In this document: piece after piece, positions 1-13,543 of the stretch | Numbering within the stretch: position 1 is the first letter of the stretch | Layout of the letters: every line of letters begins with the position of its first letter | From: Cycas panzhihuaensis | Taxonomy: Eukaryota; Plantae; Cycadophyta | Length of the DNA stretch: 64,000 nt | Assembly: GCA_023213395.1 (NCBI GenBank) | Contig: CM041465.1 | Location: forward strand, 122,023,741-122,087,740 | Reading direction: 5' to 3' | Notes under the pieces: model-generated | The model's database searches: none | Seen by the model: only the letters and a program-made list of their open reading frames with translations | Told to the model about the DNA's origin: nothing | Program-made: the position numbers and the translations under genes

Positions 1-765
1 CCCTCCAAATGCTTCTCCAAGGATGCTTCCCAAGTCAAGTCTCTAAGAACCACCTCTCCAACCTGTAGTAGGTCTCAATTTATAGAAATAAACCAAAATT
101 GCATGTTTAACAAGTGGCAATCATGCAAGTATAACCACTAACCACCAGAATGCATGTTGTCCAAGTGGCCTTCATGCAATTCTTAAAAAGTTGTAGCTTG
201 TAATAGATCTTAACGTACTCTAATTTGGCTCAAATTTGGTACACATATAGGAACACATGTCCCCTCAGCTTCCTCAAATTTTTAGCTTATTTGGATATCA
301 TTTGGATGCATTTTTATTCATTTAATAATAATATATATTTGCTATTTTTCTGCTGTCCAAGTGGCCTTCATGCAATTCTTAAAAGTTGCAGCTTGTAACT
401 GACCTTAACAGACTCCAATTCAGCTAAAATTTGGTACACATATAGGAATAATGTCTCCTCCTCTTCCTCAAAATTTTAGCTCATTTGGATGTCATTTGGC
501 CATATTTCTATTCATATAATGATAATATATATTTTCTATTTTTTCTGCTAGCTGTGGGATTAATTTTATGAAAAAACAAGGCTTGAACTCTAATCAAATG
601 ATATTTTCTGAACCCCACCTTTTGTAAGCATCTAGTGGGATGTGTCTTCTCCCTTTACACAAAATTTCATATAATTTTGATATCATTTGGCCATATCTCT
701 TTCAGTTATACTAATGCCTAGAATTTTCTGCATCCTGTAAACATATGGTAGATCCTCCTGGATCA
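1..765 (-). repeat. 3' LTR of G1 (partial)
   Basis: Aligns to 5684-6449, ends GATCA on the + strand, adjacent to the PPT. Confidence 0.93.
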
Positions 766-768
766 TGG

Positions 769-780
769 CTCCCCCTTCCT
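769..780 (-). promoter_or_regulatory. Polypurine tract of G1
   Basis: + strand ctcccccttcct reads aggaagggggag on the minus strand, next to the LTR. Confidence 0.85.
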
Positions 781-806
781 TGGAAAATAGCCAAATCCTG
801 TTTAGC

Positions 807-3800
807 TTAGAATTGGAGATGGGGGAAGTGTTGTTCTCCTTGTTGCCTACTAAACCACTTGGCCTTACTAGGTAATTACCCTACTACTCCAATCCTGAAA
901 TATTCATGTGTCTTATGTCTTGTTTTGGTAGATTTTCTCTCCAAGATACAATCTTCCTTGAGAGGCTCCTCACTTTCCAAATACAAATCATCAACTAAAG
1001 GTAAAGTGAACTGGTCCTGTTCCTCATCTAGCATGGAGGGCTCAAAGAGTTTTAAGTATTCAACATTTACTACTGAATATATTTGTATATAAGGTGGAAG
1101 ATCAAGTTGGAAAGCATTGCAACCTACTTTTCTCAAAATCTTGAATGGTCCATACCTTATAGGTTTAAGTTTCTTGCCTTCTCCTTTTAACCTCTCCTTG
1201 CTCAAGTATAACCATACTAAATCTCCTTTTTGAAAAGTACACTCTTGCCTATGCTTGTCATGTCTTTCCTTGTACTTTTATTGAGTCTTTAGAAGTTGAT
1301 CATGTACTTCTTTGTGGACTCTCTAGATCTTCTCCAAGTATCTTAAAGCCTTGTCATGCTCCTCCTTCTCTTTGACGGATCCTTCCTTAGCTTGCATGGA
1401 AAACTCTAAGTCAAATGGACTTTGAGGTAAGTATCCCAAACAAACTTCAAAAGGTGCTTTAGAGTGTGATGCATGCATTGCTCTATTAAAAGCAAATTGT
1501 AGAAAAGCCAATGATTCATCCCAAGTCTTTGGATGCTTAGAATTGTATCCCCTCAATAGATGTACCAAAGTTTTGTTTACTACTTCGGCTTGTCCATCTA
1601 TTTGAGGATGGAAACTTGTACTCCTCTTCAATTTGGTATCCATCATCTCCCATAGTGACTTCCAAAATGATGAAAGGAATCGAGTGTCCCGATCTGAAAT
1701 GATGGAAGAAGGCAAGCCAAAATTCTTCCATACATGCTCGAAGAATAATTCAGCTACTCATGTACCTGTGATTGTCTTCTTATAAGGTATTAGACATATC
1801 ATTTTACTAAACCTATCTACAACAACAAAGAGATAATCATGTCCCTTCCTAGTCATGGGAAGTCCCCTAAAAATCAATGGAGATACTTTCCCAAGGCCTA
1901 GTGGGAATAGGAAGTGGTGTATACAATCCTAATTTTCTAGAAGAAGGCTTAGAAGTATTACACATTACACATCCTTTTACATATTTTTTTACATCATTTT
2001 ATATTTTTGGCCATACAACATATCTTCTCAAATTTTCTAAAGTCTTCTTTATACTAAAGTGAGCAACTACTTTAGAAGTATGGGCTTCTCTAAGCCACTT
2101 GATCTTGTCTCCTTTTGATGGAACATAGAGCTCTCCCCTTTGAAAAGTAAACCATCCTTCCAAGCAAGTTGGGAAGGTCTTCCTTTCGCTAGGTTCTCTA
2201 ATTCTTCCTTCAAAGCTTCATCTTCATGGTACAAGTCTTTGTACTCTTCATGATGCATTGGTTCCACCTGCAAACTCATAAGAGAACTACAAACAAAAGT
2301 AGAAGAAGAAGTGGAACAAGGTGGTCTAGATAAAATATCGAATTTTGTTATTAGATCCCTTTTTGTACTTAATTACAATATTGAATTGTTGTAAATAACT
2401 CATCCACTTCATATGTCTTGCTTGTTGTAATTTACTTTGAGTTTGTAAAAATTGGAGAGGCTTATGATCGGTATGAACTACAACCTCTTTTCCGAGCAAG
2501 TATGACCTCTAATACTTGCATGCTTGATGAAGTGCGAACATTTCTCAATCATATGTTGGGTAGTTCTTCACTTGAGGGGTGAAGACTTCTGAATGGTAGG
2601 TAATAGGCTTCCCATCTTGAATAAGGACAGCTCCCATCGCATTTCCACTTGCATCAGGTTCTACTTCAAAAGGCCTTTACAAATTTGGCATTGCCAAAAC
2701 TGGTGCTTCACAAATTTTCTTCTTTAAAAGAAGAAAAGCTTCTTCCTCCTTGGAACCCCAAGTAAACTTTCTACTAGATTTTGTCAATCCATGTAGAGGT
2801 GCTGCAACTTGTGAGAAATGAAGAATAAACTTTCTCAAGTATTAACAAGATCCTAAAAAACTTCTCACCTCTGTGATGTTTGTTGGCCTCGGCCATTTGA
2901 GGATGGCTTAAGTCTTGAGTGGATCAATACTCAACTTTCCTCCTCCAACCACAAAGCCTAAGAAGATCAAGTTCTCCTTGCCAAATTCACACTTCTTCAC
3001 ATTAAGCTTCAAATGATGCTTAGCCATAGTCTTTAAAACTTCTTCTATGTGCTGCAAATGTTCCTCCTATGTGTTGCTAAAAATCAAAATGTCATCAAGA
3101 TAGACAACAACAAAATTTTCCAAGTAAGGCCTTAACATTTCATTCATTAGCCTCATGAATGTTGCAGGAGCATTACACAATCCAAAAGGCATAACCATCC
3201 ATTCAAAGAGTCCTTGCTTTGTTTTGAAGGCCGTCTTCCATGTGTCCTTCTCCTTGACCCTAACTTGGTGATAACCGCTTTTCAAATCCAATTTAGTGAA
3301 ATAACAAGCATGCTGAATTTGATCAAGCAAATCATCTATGTGAGGCAAAGGGTAACGATTTTTAATTGTAATTTTATTCAAAGCACGAAAATCTATACAT
3401 ATTCTCCATCCTCTATCCTTCTTAGGCACCAAGACAATTGGTGACCCACAAGGTGAACATGAAGGTCTTATGACCCCTTAATCAAGCAACTCCTCAACTT
3501 GCCTCTTTATCTCATTATTCTCTACAATGGAGTGCCTATACAAAGCAACATTAGGTAATGGTGCATCTCCTACAAGAGTGATTTCATGCTCTATCTTTCT
3601 CTTTGGTGGAAGCCCATCAACATGTTGAAATAGAATATCATACCTTCTCTTTAACTCCTCAATTTGTTGCATTTGTTTAGGTGATATAAGAAGAGTGTGA
3701 GTAGAAGGACCTTCTTCATCTCTTGGCTCTTCTTTTCTCCTTACCATTAAGATGACGAATTTACCACATGCATTGATCATCCTTTTTGCTTGAGTAGATG

Positions 3801-5355
3801 AAATTAATGCTATCTTATCCAAGTGCTTCTTTGTGGCCTTTATGATGAAGCCCTTGTTATCCTTCATCAATCGATACTTTCTCTCCCTTCGATAGAAGAG
3901 TGCATCTCGATCCCATAAGTAGGGACTTCCAAGTACAACATGGCATACATCCAGTGGCACCACATCACATATTACTTCATCAATAAAATCATTAGTGATG
4001 GAAAATTTAAGTGTACATTGCTTTGATATTTACATTTCCACATCTTTATGGATCCAACCAAGAGGATATGGGTGAGGGTGAGGAGTAGTTACCAACCCAA
4101 TGCTCTTTACCAAACTTTCTGAGATCAAATTCTTTTGGCTCCCTGGATCTATAATGGCACCAATCATACTATTTCCTACTTGAAGCTTCAAGTGAAATAG
4201 TTCCTCCATTGTAGCATCATCTTCATAATTTGTAAGTAGAGTAACCTTCTCTTCTTCTCCTTCACTTTGAATCTCCACCTCAGAAAGTAGTGCTTTCCCT
4301 TTTTCCTTCTTTCTTAATTCCATATCCTTGATATGCTTTGGCTTTAGTTCTGGATGCAACTTCCAACACTTTGCTGTAATATGACCACTAATATCACAAT
4401 GGTCACAATAGTTAGAACTTTTAACAAAATTAGTTCTTTTCTTCTTTCCTTCTTGCCTTTTTGATGAGTGCAATTTAGGATTCTTTTCATACTTATTATA
4501 AGTAAAAGTAGAATCTTTAGACATGAATGTAGATTTCTTACTTTTACTTTCTATCGCCATAGCCATCCTACTTGCTTCTCCAATGGATTGAACCTTAAAA
4601 AGCCTTAGTTCCTTCCTTATGTACTCGTGTAATCCTCTAATGAATTTCATAAGAGTGACATGTTTATCTATATTAATACCAAGTAGCATGCCATGCCTAA
4701 AAAATAAAGAAGTATAGTCTTGGACACTTACACCTCTCCCTTGGCGTAAATATTGCCAAGTGACCCATTGGTCTTCCTCATGAACTATGGGGTAGAATTG
4801 CTTCTTTATTATTTTCTTAAAATCCCTCCATGAAAAAGAAGATACATCATGAGTCTTCAAATATGCATTCCACCATGTCAATGCATGTTTACACAACTTG
4901 AGCCTAGCAAATGAAAGCTTTTGAGCATTACTATAAGCATAAATTGTGAAGTAGGTTTCAAGTTGATCCAACCAATGGTCCAACTTTTCAGCATTTACCT
5001 CTCCATCATAAGTTGGAATCTCCAACTTTGCCTCCACCTTGAAGGGTTGATGAGATGAAGTACCCTTACTTTCTTCAAAAGAGTGCTTTAAGGTCTCCTC
5101 CTCTTCCTCTTTATGGTCATGGTTATATGTGGATCCTCCTTCAAATTCCTTCTCTTTGCCTTTTCCTTTGACTAGAGGTAGAAGGTGGGTCATCATTTGC
5201 ATCAAGGCTTCTACATTCTTCTCAAGCTTTTCAAATCTAATTTCTCCATCTTCTTTTTCAGCCATGGTGCTTGGATTATTTCTTTGTCTTCTTGGTGATT
5301 GCAATACAAGAAAGTCTTCACCTTTCTCTTTGTATCCTTTCCTTGTTTGTACCAT
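807..5355 (-). pseudogene. G1 gag-pol polyprotein with several stops/frameshifts (gag with CCHC knuckle, aspartic protease, RT, RNase H, integrase with GPF motif and chromodomain-like tail)
   Basis: ORF 4030-5355: Retrotrans_gag-like, CDHCDISGHITAKC, IDPGS. ORF 3067-3432: RT with [26 protein letters not shown] 1323-1715: integrase SDRDTRF..HPQIDGQAEVVN. ORF 876-1205: YGPFKIL. Confidence 0.93.
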
Positions 5356-5381
5356 TCAAGTCCCTACAACAAAGATCAGAG

Positions 5382-5393
5382 GCTCTGATACCA
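5382..5393 (-). promoter_or_regulatory. Primer binding site (tRNA-iMet) of G1
   Basis: gctctgatacca = reverse complement of TGGTATCAGAGC. Confidence 0.92.
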
Positions 5394-5398
5394 AAATA

Positions 5399-6449
5399 TG
5401 ATCCCAAAAGAGCTTAGTTGGTGAAGAAACAATTATCAACCTTTCCTCCTTGAGATCCTGGGAGTTAGTGTAGAAAGCTCAATAACATCAAAGCAGCAAT
5501 GAGCCCATGAAAGGAAAATTCTACACCAAATCATTTATTCTTGACATTGATCTAAAAGTATGAGGAGTAATACTTTTATTAAACCATGAAAATCTCCATT
5601 TAATGGTGGAGAAATCAACTAGCAAAAGAATGGTAAAATTTCAAGGAATAAATGTAACAATTATACCATAAGGGGGACTCAAACCCTCCAAATGCTTCTC
5701 CAAGGATGCTTCCCAAGTCAAGTCTCCAAGAACCACCTCTCCAACCTGTAGTAGGTCTCAATTTATAGAAAGAAACCAAAATTGCATGTTTAACAAGTGG
5801 CAATCATGCAAGTATAACCACTAACCACCAGAATGCATGTTGTCTAAGTGGCCTTCATGCAATTCTTAAAAAGTTGTAGCTTGTAATAGATCTTAACATA
5901 CTCCAATTTGGCTCACATTTGTTACATGTATAGGAACACATGTCCCCTCAACTTCCTCAAATTTTTAGCTCATTTGGATGTCATTTGGCTGCATTTTTAT
6001 TCATTTAATAATAATATATATTTGTTATTTTTCTGTTGTCCAAGTGGCCTTCATGCAATTCTTAAAAGTTGTGGTTTGTAACTGACCTTAACAGACTCCA
6101 ATTCATTTCAAATTTGGTACACGTATAGGAACACATGTATTCTCTGCTTCCTCAAAATTTTAGCTCATTTGGATGTCATTTGGCCATATTTCGATTCATA
6201 TAATTATAATATATATTTTCTATTTTTTCTGCTAGCTGTGGGATTAATTTTATGAAAAAGTAAGGCTTGAACTCTAATCAAATGATATTTTCTGAACCCC
6301 ACCTTTTGTAAACATCTAGTGGGATGTGTCTTCTCCCTTTACACAAAATTTCATATAATTTTGATACCATTTGGCCATATCTCTTTCAGTTATACCAATG
6401 CCTAGAATTTTCTGCATCCTGTAAACATATGGTAGATCCTCCTAGATCA
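5399..6449 (-). repeat. 5' LTR of G1 (~1.05 kb) with internal ~195-bp tandem duplication
   Basis: Begins TGATC and ends GATCA (terminal inverted repeat); matches 1-765. Confidence 0.92.
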
Positions 6450-9400
6450 GTAATAGAGAAAGATAATGTTGCCTACTTTTTTAAACTCTATGCTACTATT
6501 TATAAACCAAAACTAAATGTATAATCTAAAGTAGATTACCTACCATCTATAAAAACTACCTAGTCTAAGTTATAACCAATCAACATATAATCCCTTAATG
6601 ACCTATGATGTAAACCATACCTAATAGCACCTTTGAGATATCTAAGAATCCTTTTAGATTCTTTCTAATATTTTACCTCAGGCTCATTTATAAACTTGAA
6701 AACTACATTGACTACATACATAATATTTGGTTGAATTGAAATCAAGTAAATAAGGCTCCCAATAAAGTACCTGTAAAGTGTAAGATTAACTGATTCAAAC
6801 TCCTCAAACTTGGATAATTTTAACCCAACTTCTATTGGTGTTACAAGTGCCTTCTAATTGTCCATGTTAAATTTATTTAACATATCTAATATGTATTTCC
6901 TTTGTAACACAAATATCCATTTTTCATCCTACCATACGTTAATGCCTAAGAAATAATGCATAAGTCCCAAGGCTATTATTTCAAACTCTTTATGCATATC
7001 TTCCTTAAACTTTTAAGATAAGTAATCATAATTCCCAATATATACTAGGTTATCAATAAGCCTATAATCAATATTGATCTTTCTTCCAATATTATATATA
7101 AATTAGAGTTTGATTAGCTCCTTAGGAATTCTTTATCCTTAAAGTATTTATCAATCCTAAAGTACCATGCTTTAGGTGCTTGTTTGAGTCCATACAAGAC
7201 CTTTTTGAGTTTATAGACCTTGTCTTCCTTTCTCTTAACTTCTAAACCCTTGGGTTATTAGACATAGATCTCTTCATCTATATATCCATTCAAGAAGGAA
7301 CTCTTTACATCTATTTGATGGACTATCCAACCCTGTTGTGTAACTAAGGTCATGATTAATCTAACTATTTCTAACCTTATAATAGGTGTGACTATTTCAT
7401 TATAGTTTATATCTTTAAATTGATCATAGCAATTTACAACTAATCATGCCTTATATTTATCAATAGAACCATCTAACTTATACTTGATCTTGTACACCAA
7501 TTTTATCCCAATGGCATTCTTTCTAGGTGGTAAATCAACTAACTCCCGTATGTCATTCTTCACTACAGCATTGCATTTTATCTTCATTGCATCTTTCCAT
7601 TCAACTTGGTTACTTGCTTCTTCAAAGTTTTGAGGCTCATTTGACTCTATAACTTGAGTAATTAGTATAAAGTTTACCTTTTGAGATCTTGTTGTTCTTC
7701 TCTCAAAGTTTATATCTAAAATATTTTAAAGGTTATGACCCCTTTATAACCATTCTAGAACCTTTTAACTTGAAGTAGATGGTCCTACTTCACTTATACT
7801 AGGTACATTTATACCACTTGACTTAGAGTCTACTTTAATTATAATACTTTTGTCTCTGTTCTTTTTAATAACTTTCTCTTAATAGAATTCATCTTCCTTG
7901 AAGATTATATCCATGTTCATGATAATTCTTTTACCCTTAAGGTCATATAATGTATAGGATCTTGATGAGTCACTATATCTTATAAATGTATACTTAGTGC
8001 TTTTGTCATTCAAAATTTTCTTTTTTTATTATAGAATATATGCATAAGCTATGTATCCAAAAACTCTTAAAGTATTTGATGCTTGGTTTATGACTTATTC
8101 AAGTTTCCTTAGGTGTAACCCATCTCACTACCTTAGTTATGCATTTGCTCAATAAATAAATAATTATATTTATAGCTTCTACCCAATACTCATTACCAAG
8201 ATGCTTATCCTTAAACATGCTCCTAATTATCTTAATAATAATCATATTTTTTCTTCCATCTATCTTATTTTATTGAGGGGTGTAGGGATTAGTAAGTTAC
8301 TTTCTTATCTTAAAGTATTTGTAAGAGTCCTTAAATTTATTTGAAATGAATTCTCTTCTATTATCTGATCAAAGGGTTAATATCTTATACCTACTATGCC
8401 TTTCAATTATGATTTTGAAATCAATAAAACATTAAAGTCTAAATGACTTAAACTTGAGAAGATAAACCTAAGTTATTCTTATAAAATCATCAATAAAAGT
8501 TATGATGTACTTAGCTCCTCCAAGTAAAAGTGCATCCATTGGTCCATATAGATCCATGTGCACTAGTTGAAGAGGCTTATTTACCCTATAAATATCATTA
8601 AGTAATCCTTCCCTTTGCTACGTACCTAGTATACAATCTTCATATACTTCTCTACCAAGTTCACTATTAGGTAGACCAACCACCATTTCTATATTTTTTA
8701 TTAATGTTAAGCTATTATAATTCACATGGCCAAGTTTTTTATGCTAAGTATCACTATCCATATAAATTGATAACTTTAAGGCATAATAGTCAGTTAGGGG
8801 AATGACTAGTTTAAAAAATTAATCACTAGTCATTTGACCCTTAGCAACTATTACCTTATTTATTAACTTGTCCTTAATGGTGCACTCACCAATATCAAAA
8901 ATAACTTTATACTTTTGCTATATTATTTATTCCATTGATAAAAAGTTTTTCTTAAGTATAGAAATATGAAGTACATCATTGATACATTTAGTTTCTCTAA
9001 AATCTTTTTGGATGGCTATATTTTCTTTACCAAATACAACTTAAACAGTATTATCTCCAAATATAATTTTATTTCTTTTAGTGTTGTGTGATTCCTTGAA
9101 CCGTTCCTTTGTATATGTCATATGAGTAGACCAACCTAAATCAATGTACCAACCATCTTCCTCTTTATTAGCTATTAGATTTAATAAGAAGAGTCTCTCA
9201 TTCTCCTTTAGTTATTCAACTATTATATTAGTTTCTCCTCTTTGTATGTTAGACCTTTTCGTGAAACAGTTTATTTCTAAGCACTTACTTATGTGATAAT
9301 AGGAACATTACATTGTTCCTCTACCTCTAGGACTCTTTTTCCTTGATTCTTTCCCCTTATACTTATCCTCTACCTATTACTTAAGGTCTAAAAACTTGTT

Positions 9401-10278
9401 TTTGTCCTTGTTTAAATTGGCCTTGAAAGTATTGTCTTTGTTTTTAATCTTGCCCTTGATAGAATTAACTTAAACCTTAATAGAATTATCCTTGATCTTG
9501 ATAGAATTATCCTTGACCTTATCCTTGATAAGGTTGTCCTTATCCTTGACAAAATTATCTTGGTTTCTAAAGTTTTATCCTCTTCCTCTAAGAGATTATC
9601 CTCTTCTCTTAAAACTTTGGCCTTTAAAAGTTGGCCTAATCTTTACCTTAGTAGAAAATTCATGTTTTAATGACTCACTACCATTTTTTTTCTCTTGAAT
9701 TATAATTAACATTGTACTAAATTGATTAATCTTGAGTGTAGTTAGGCCTTTAGAGACATTAATTCTTATTACTAAAATTTTAAACCTTTTGATATCACTA
9801 ACACACCGTAAGATCTTTTCTACTAGATTTTGTTTATTAATGACTTCATCTAAGGCCCTCATTTGATTGACTAGGTAATATACCTTAGTTATGAAGTCAT
9901 TTATCCTTTCATTGTCATTCCTCCTATAGTTTTCTAATTTACTACCTAGTGTTTAAAGTTTTAATGCAAAAATTCCTTTATAGGTGGTCTTCAAACTATT
10001 TTATACCTCCTTTGATATAGTTACCTCATTGAATCTTAAGAAGATATGGTCCTTTAATACATAGAAGATGAATTCAAGGCTTCATTATCCCTTTTTTCAT
10101 TCTCCCTGTAGGTCTTTTTTTGATCTTTAGTAGCATTAGGATCAAATGCTCCATACCCAATCTCAATTAAGTCCCACATATCTTTCGATATAATAATAAG
10201 TTTTATCTTATAACTTCCATTTAAGAAATTAGTACTATCAAATTTAGGTACCATTGTATTACTTATACTAGAGGCCAT
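6450..10278 (-). pseudogene. A1 copia gag-pol remnant, heavily mutated
   Basis: ORF fragments 10054-10278 and 9596-9862; recognisable copia motifs; colinear with 38177-41262. Confidence 0.85.
9420..9560 (-). repeat. Degenerate ~21-bp tandem repeats in A1 gag encoding GQG(Q)FYQ-like units
   Basis: Repeated ttgatagaattatccttga(c/t)c units; homologous array at ~40400-40530. Confidence 0.7.
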
Positions 10279-12553
10279 GATAAAAAATTACCTTAAAAAT
10301 AAATTGCTTTGAAAAGATAAAGTGTTTTAATGAAATACTAAAAATGTACAAGGAAATAAAAGGCACTAAAAAAATACAAGATAAATTATCATCCTTTAAC
10401 TCCAAGACATACACAAGTGTCCCAATTGGGAGCCAACCTCCTCTAAAAAAAAAAATTGTATTAAGTTATGATTACAAAGTAAAGTTTTGCTAAGTCTTTT
10501 CAAGAGTCAACTTGCAAGAAACCTATAAACTAGCATCAACTTTGAGTAAAAATAATATATTAAATGACTTCAAAAAAATATTTAAAAGACCATTCACTCA
10601 AAAAATGACCAAAATACGAGTCTAATACTTTAAACAACGCTTGATTCTAACACTTTATATCCAAGTTATGCTTTAAATAGTGTACGGAGGTTAAATTAAA
10701 TAAAGACCCCTTTAACACATGAAGTACAAAGATTTTTTTATCAACTTTTAATCATTAAATGAACCATAAAATACAAACCCAACATAGGTATATGACCACT
10801 TATTTCATTCAAGTAGAAATACAGAATACTTTAGAGCTAACAGATCTAAAAATGGGCTCTATAAGTGATTGTTTTGCTTGCTAAAGAAAAAGTAGGTACT
10901 CAAGTTGAGACATGCTCCTTAAAAAATGAACTTAGCCCCTCTAAATTCTACCCTCTAGTCACTTGAATACTAAATATAACTTGCAGGTTATAATACGAAG
11001 GTGGCTAGGGGATAACAAAGCTTAATAAAATATGAAGAATAGATTTTGAATACTTCAAAGAAATGTGCATAATATAAAATAATTAGTCAATGTTTCAAAT
11101 AAATGTATCAACATCACTTGTGCAAATGTGATATTCATATGCATATCATCAATCTAAGTATGGTAGCTAACCTATCACACCAATAATGATTTTGTTAATG
11201 GCACATTAATTGATAAGCTATTAGAGTAATTGACATGCAATTAGGTGGGAAAGCCTCCTATATATCGAATATTTAAACATAGTGTGGTCATCAAAATATA
11301 AATTATGCATAGAAGTAGATATCAAGGTACTTGTAGGTGACAAAGGTATAATGAACATTAGATATTACAACTACATGGTGAATAAATATTTATATTTTAG
11401 ATAAACAAATAATGTATCTATGTATATGGATCAGATGCAGGTAGATGCATACATAAATGGTAAGACACAATGACATGAAAAAAAGGGTCTAGATTTCCTC
11501 TAAATAAGATTGATTAGTCAAATTCTAGTGTGTACTCCTGCATGAACTACAAACAAAGGTAAACTATGGTTGTAGCTAAGCCAAGTCATGACATGATGAG
11601 GCTAGAATGGGATGGTCTAGGAAAATTTAGTGAATTTGAATTTGTAGCTTTGAACATACCCAGATATATGTCCTCACTTAAGGCTAGTATAAATAAATAT
11701 AAAGATTAAGTCATTGACATAAACATATATATATATATGCAGGACTAATGTAAGCATAAAAATTACACTTGGGATGACCTACATATGATAAAGCTAGATT
11801 ACTTCAAATATTAGAATCTCATAACAATGAAATCAAATTAATAGAGATTCAATTAGAAAATAGATGATGGATCCTGTTATACAAAGGCATAAATAAGATT
11901 ATCCTACACATTGCCCAAATATGTTTGATAGAACTTGCAAAAATATACGAGTTACTTGAAGACTAAGCTACACAAATAATCGAATAATAGCCTGAGGATG
12001 TGTAGAACATGAATCGATGCTTTAATATGTGGATGACTTTAAGTAAGTAGGAACACATGATCTAATGGAAAACTTAGTAGGCACACATATGTGATCTAAT
12101 GGCAAGTAAACTAGTAATTTTAACAATGTGTGCTACTAAGATAAATATGTAGTGACTAGACATAGATTACTACAAATATATAATGGAATAGACATATAAC
12201 CAAATGCATTGTAATTCTTATAGGCATAAACCAACAAATATATAAATATGTAGAGATTCAACTTGTGATGATATCCACATGGTCATGTAGATATTTTAGA
12301 CTAATGCAATTTACTTTCTCATATTATATATAATGTGTGAGATGCCTAACAATATTAAAGACCTAGTAAAAAATAAGTGCCTTTTCTAGATGACACAATG
12401 ATGAGTAAATAACTTGTTTGAGACAAGTAGATTCTATAAATGAAGAACATATCAAACTTGGGCAGGCACTCTTGAAGTCAAATGACCAAGATAATACTTA
12501 AACAAATATTAAACCAAGGAGAAGAATAATTGAACCAATGCTTTGATACCAAA

Positions 12554-12809
12554 TGATGGAATTAGAGGGGAAGAGCAAACACATGCAAAGCAATGGGTAA
12601 GAAGATAACAAATGAAATTTGTAAGGAGGGTGGATTTTATAAACACAAGGGTCTTTAGACCCCATGTAAATATATGTGAGACTGAGAGTATTTGGCACAC
12701 CTCTCAAGGTCTACTGCCACTTAGCATTGATAAATGCTTGATAATGTATTACCATAAGACATTTACCCAAGATATGGGTTATTGCCCTAATGTGGATATT
12801 ATTCCAGCA
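12554..12809 (-). repeat. 5' LTR of A1
   Basis: TG...CA ends, adjacent to PBS; shares gagggtgg..., tttggca(c/t)acct..caaggtcta and tattat(t/c)cca(g/a)ca motifs with 43533-43749. Confidence 0.75.
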
Positions 12810-13094
12810 GATGGTAGGATTTGAAAAGTGGCAAAATTAGACTATGGATCCTACATTAATGGTTAAAAGGTATATATTCAATTACCTTTTTCTTATTACC
12901 ATTTTCCATGCATGTTGCCCATTTATCCTTATGAATTTAAGTCTTGAGCTTATACTTTTCGATAATTCTAGGATGTAAGAAGTTGTGACTACTCCTTGAG
13001 TCAATGAGTATGATAAGATCTTACTCTATGATCTTACCAGTTGCTTACAGCATAATGAATTAGTTATTAGTTTGCCTCCCCTCAAATGTTGCAC
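12810..13094 (-). pseudogene. Element F fragment: gypsy aspartic protease remnant
   Basis: Minus-strand translation ...GKIIE*DLIILIDSRSSHNFLHPRIIEKYKL (LIDSG-type active site). Confidence 0.75.
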
Positions 13095-13543
13095 GAACAT
13101 ATTAGAATATAATGTTTAATTTTATTAGATATATGTTAAGGGCCCTATAGCCATTATTATAGATATGTTATGTTAGTAAATGTTGAGGGTCCAATAGTCA
13201 TTATTTGGGTTAAGTTATAACTTAATGTTATAATTTCTATGTGTGTGGGGTCATTTATGCACACATAATTATAACATACTTGTGAGGTCATCATACAAGG
13301 TGCCATATGTCACCTTATATAATCAACCCTCTTGTACTTATCTTTGTAATGAACTTATTCAAATACTATATGTACATACTTATACATCAATGGAAATAAA
13401 GAAAATATATCATTATTCATTGTGAGTCTCATGTATTAAGTGTGTGTAGAATTTTGCATTTGGTATCAAAGCATGGTTTTGAGAGGCAATCATCTTCTCT
13501 CTCAGGATAGTACCTCTTAAACCTGGTTACTTGGTTATATATG

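Larger units (their letters stand above)
1..6449 (-). mobile_element. Element G1: Ty3/gypsy LTR retrotransposon, chromovirus, probably CRM clade; 3' LTR runs off the window start
   Basis: Two highly similar LTR copies (1-765 matches 5684-6449); PBS-Met at 5382-5393; PPT at 769-780; gag-PR-RT-RH-INT order on the minus strand; protease context IDPGSQKNLISESLVK..TTPHPHPYPLGWI resembles CRM elements. Confidence 0.93.
6450..12809 (-). mobile_element. Element A1: decayed Ty1/copia (family A); 3' part displaced out of the window by the G1 insertion
   Basis: gag start MASSISNTMVPKFDSTNF at 10278; degenerate integrase, RT ([25 protein letters not shown]) and RNase H start (SLKK*ATLSFSI) ending at the G1 LTR; PBS-like gctttgatacca at 12540-12551; LTR 12554-12809 similar to the A2 LTRs. 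Confidence 0.85.

Noticed and set aside
859-5401. Short plus-strand ORFs antisense to G1 pol (859-1092, 1877-2062, 3214-3444, 5129-5401)
   Set aside because: Shadow ORFs of the retrotransposon coding strand with no independent motif.
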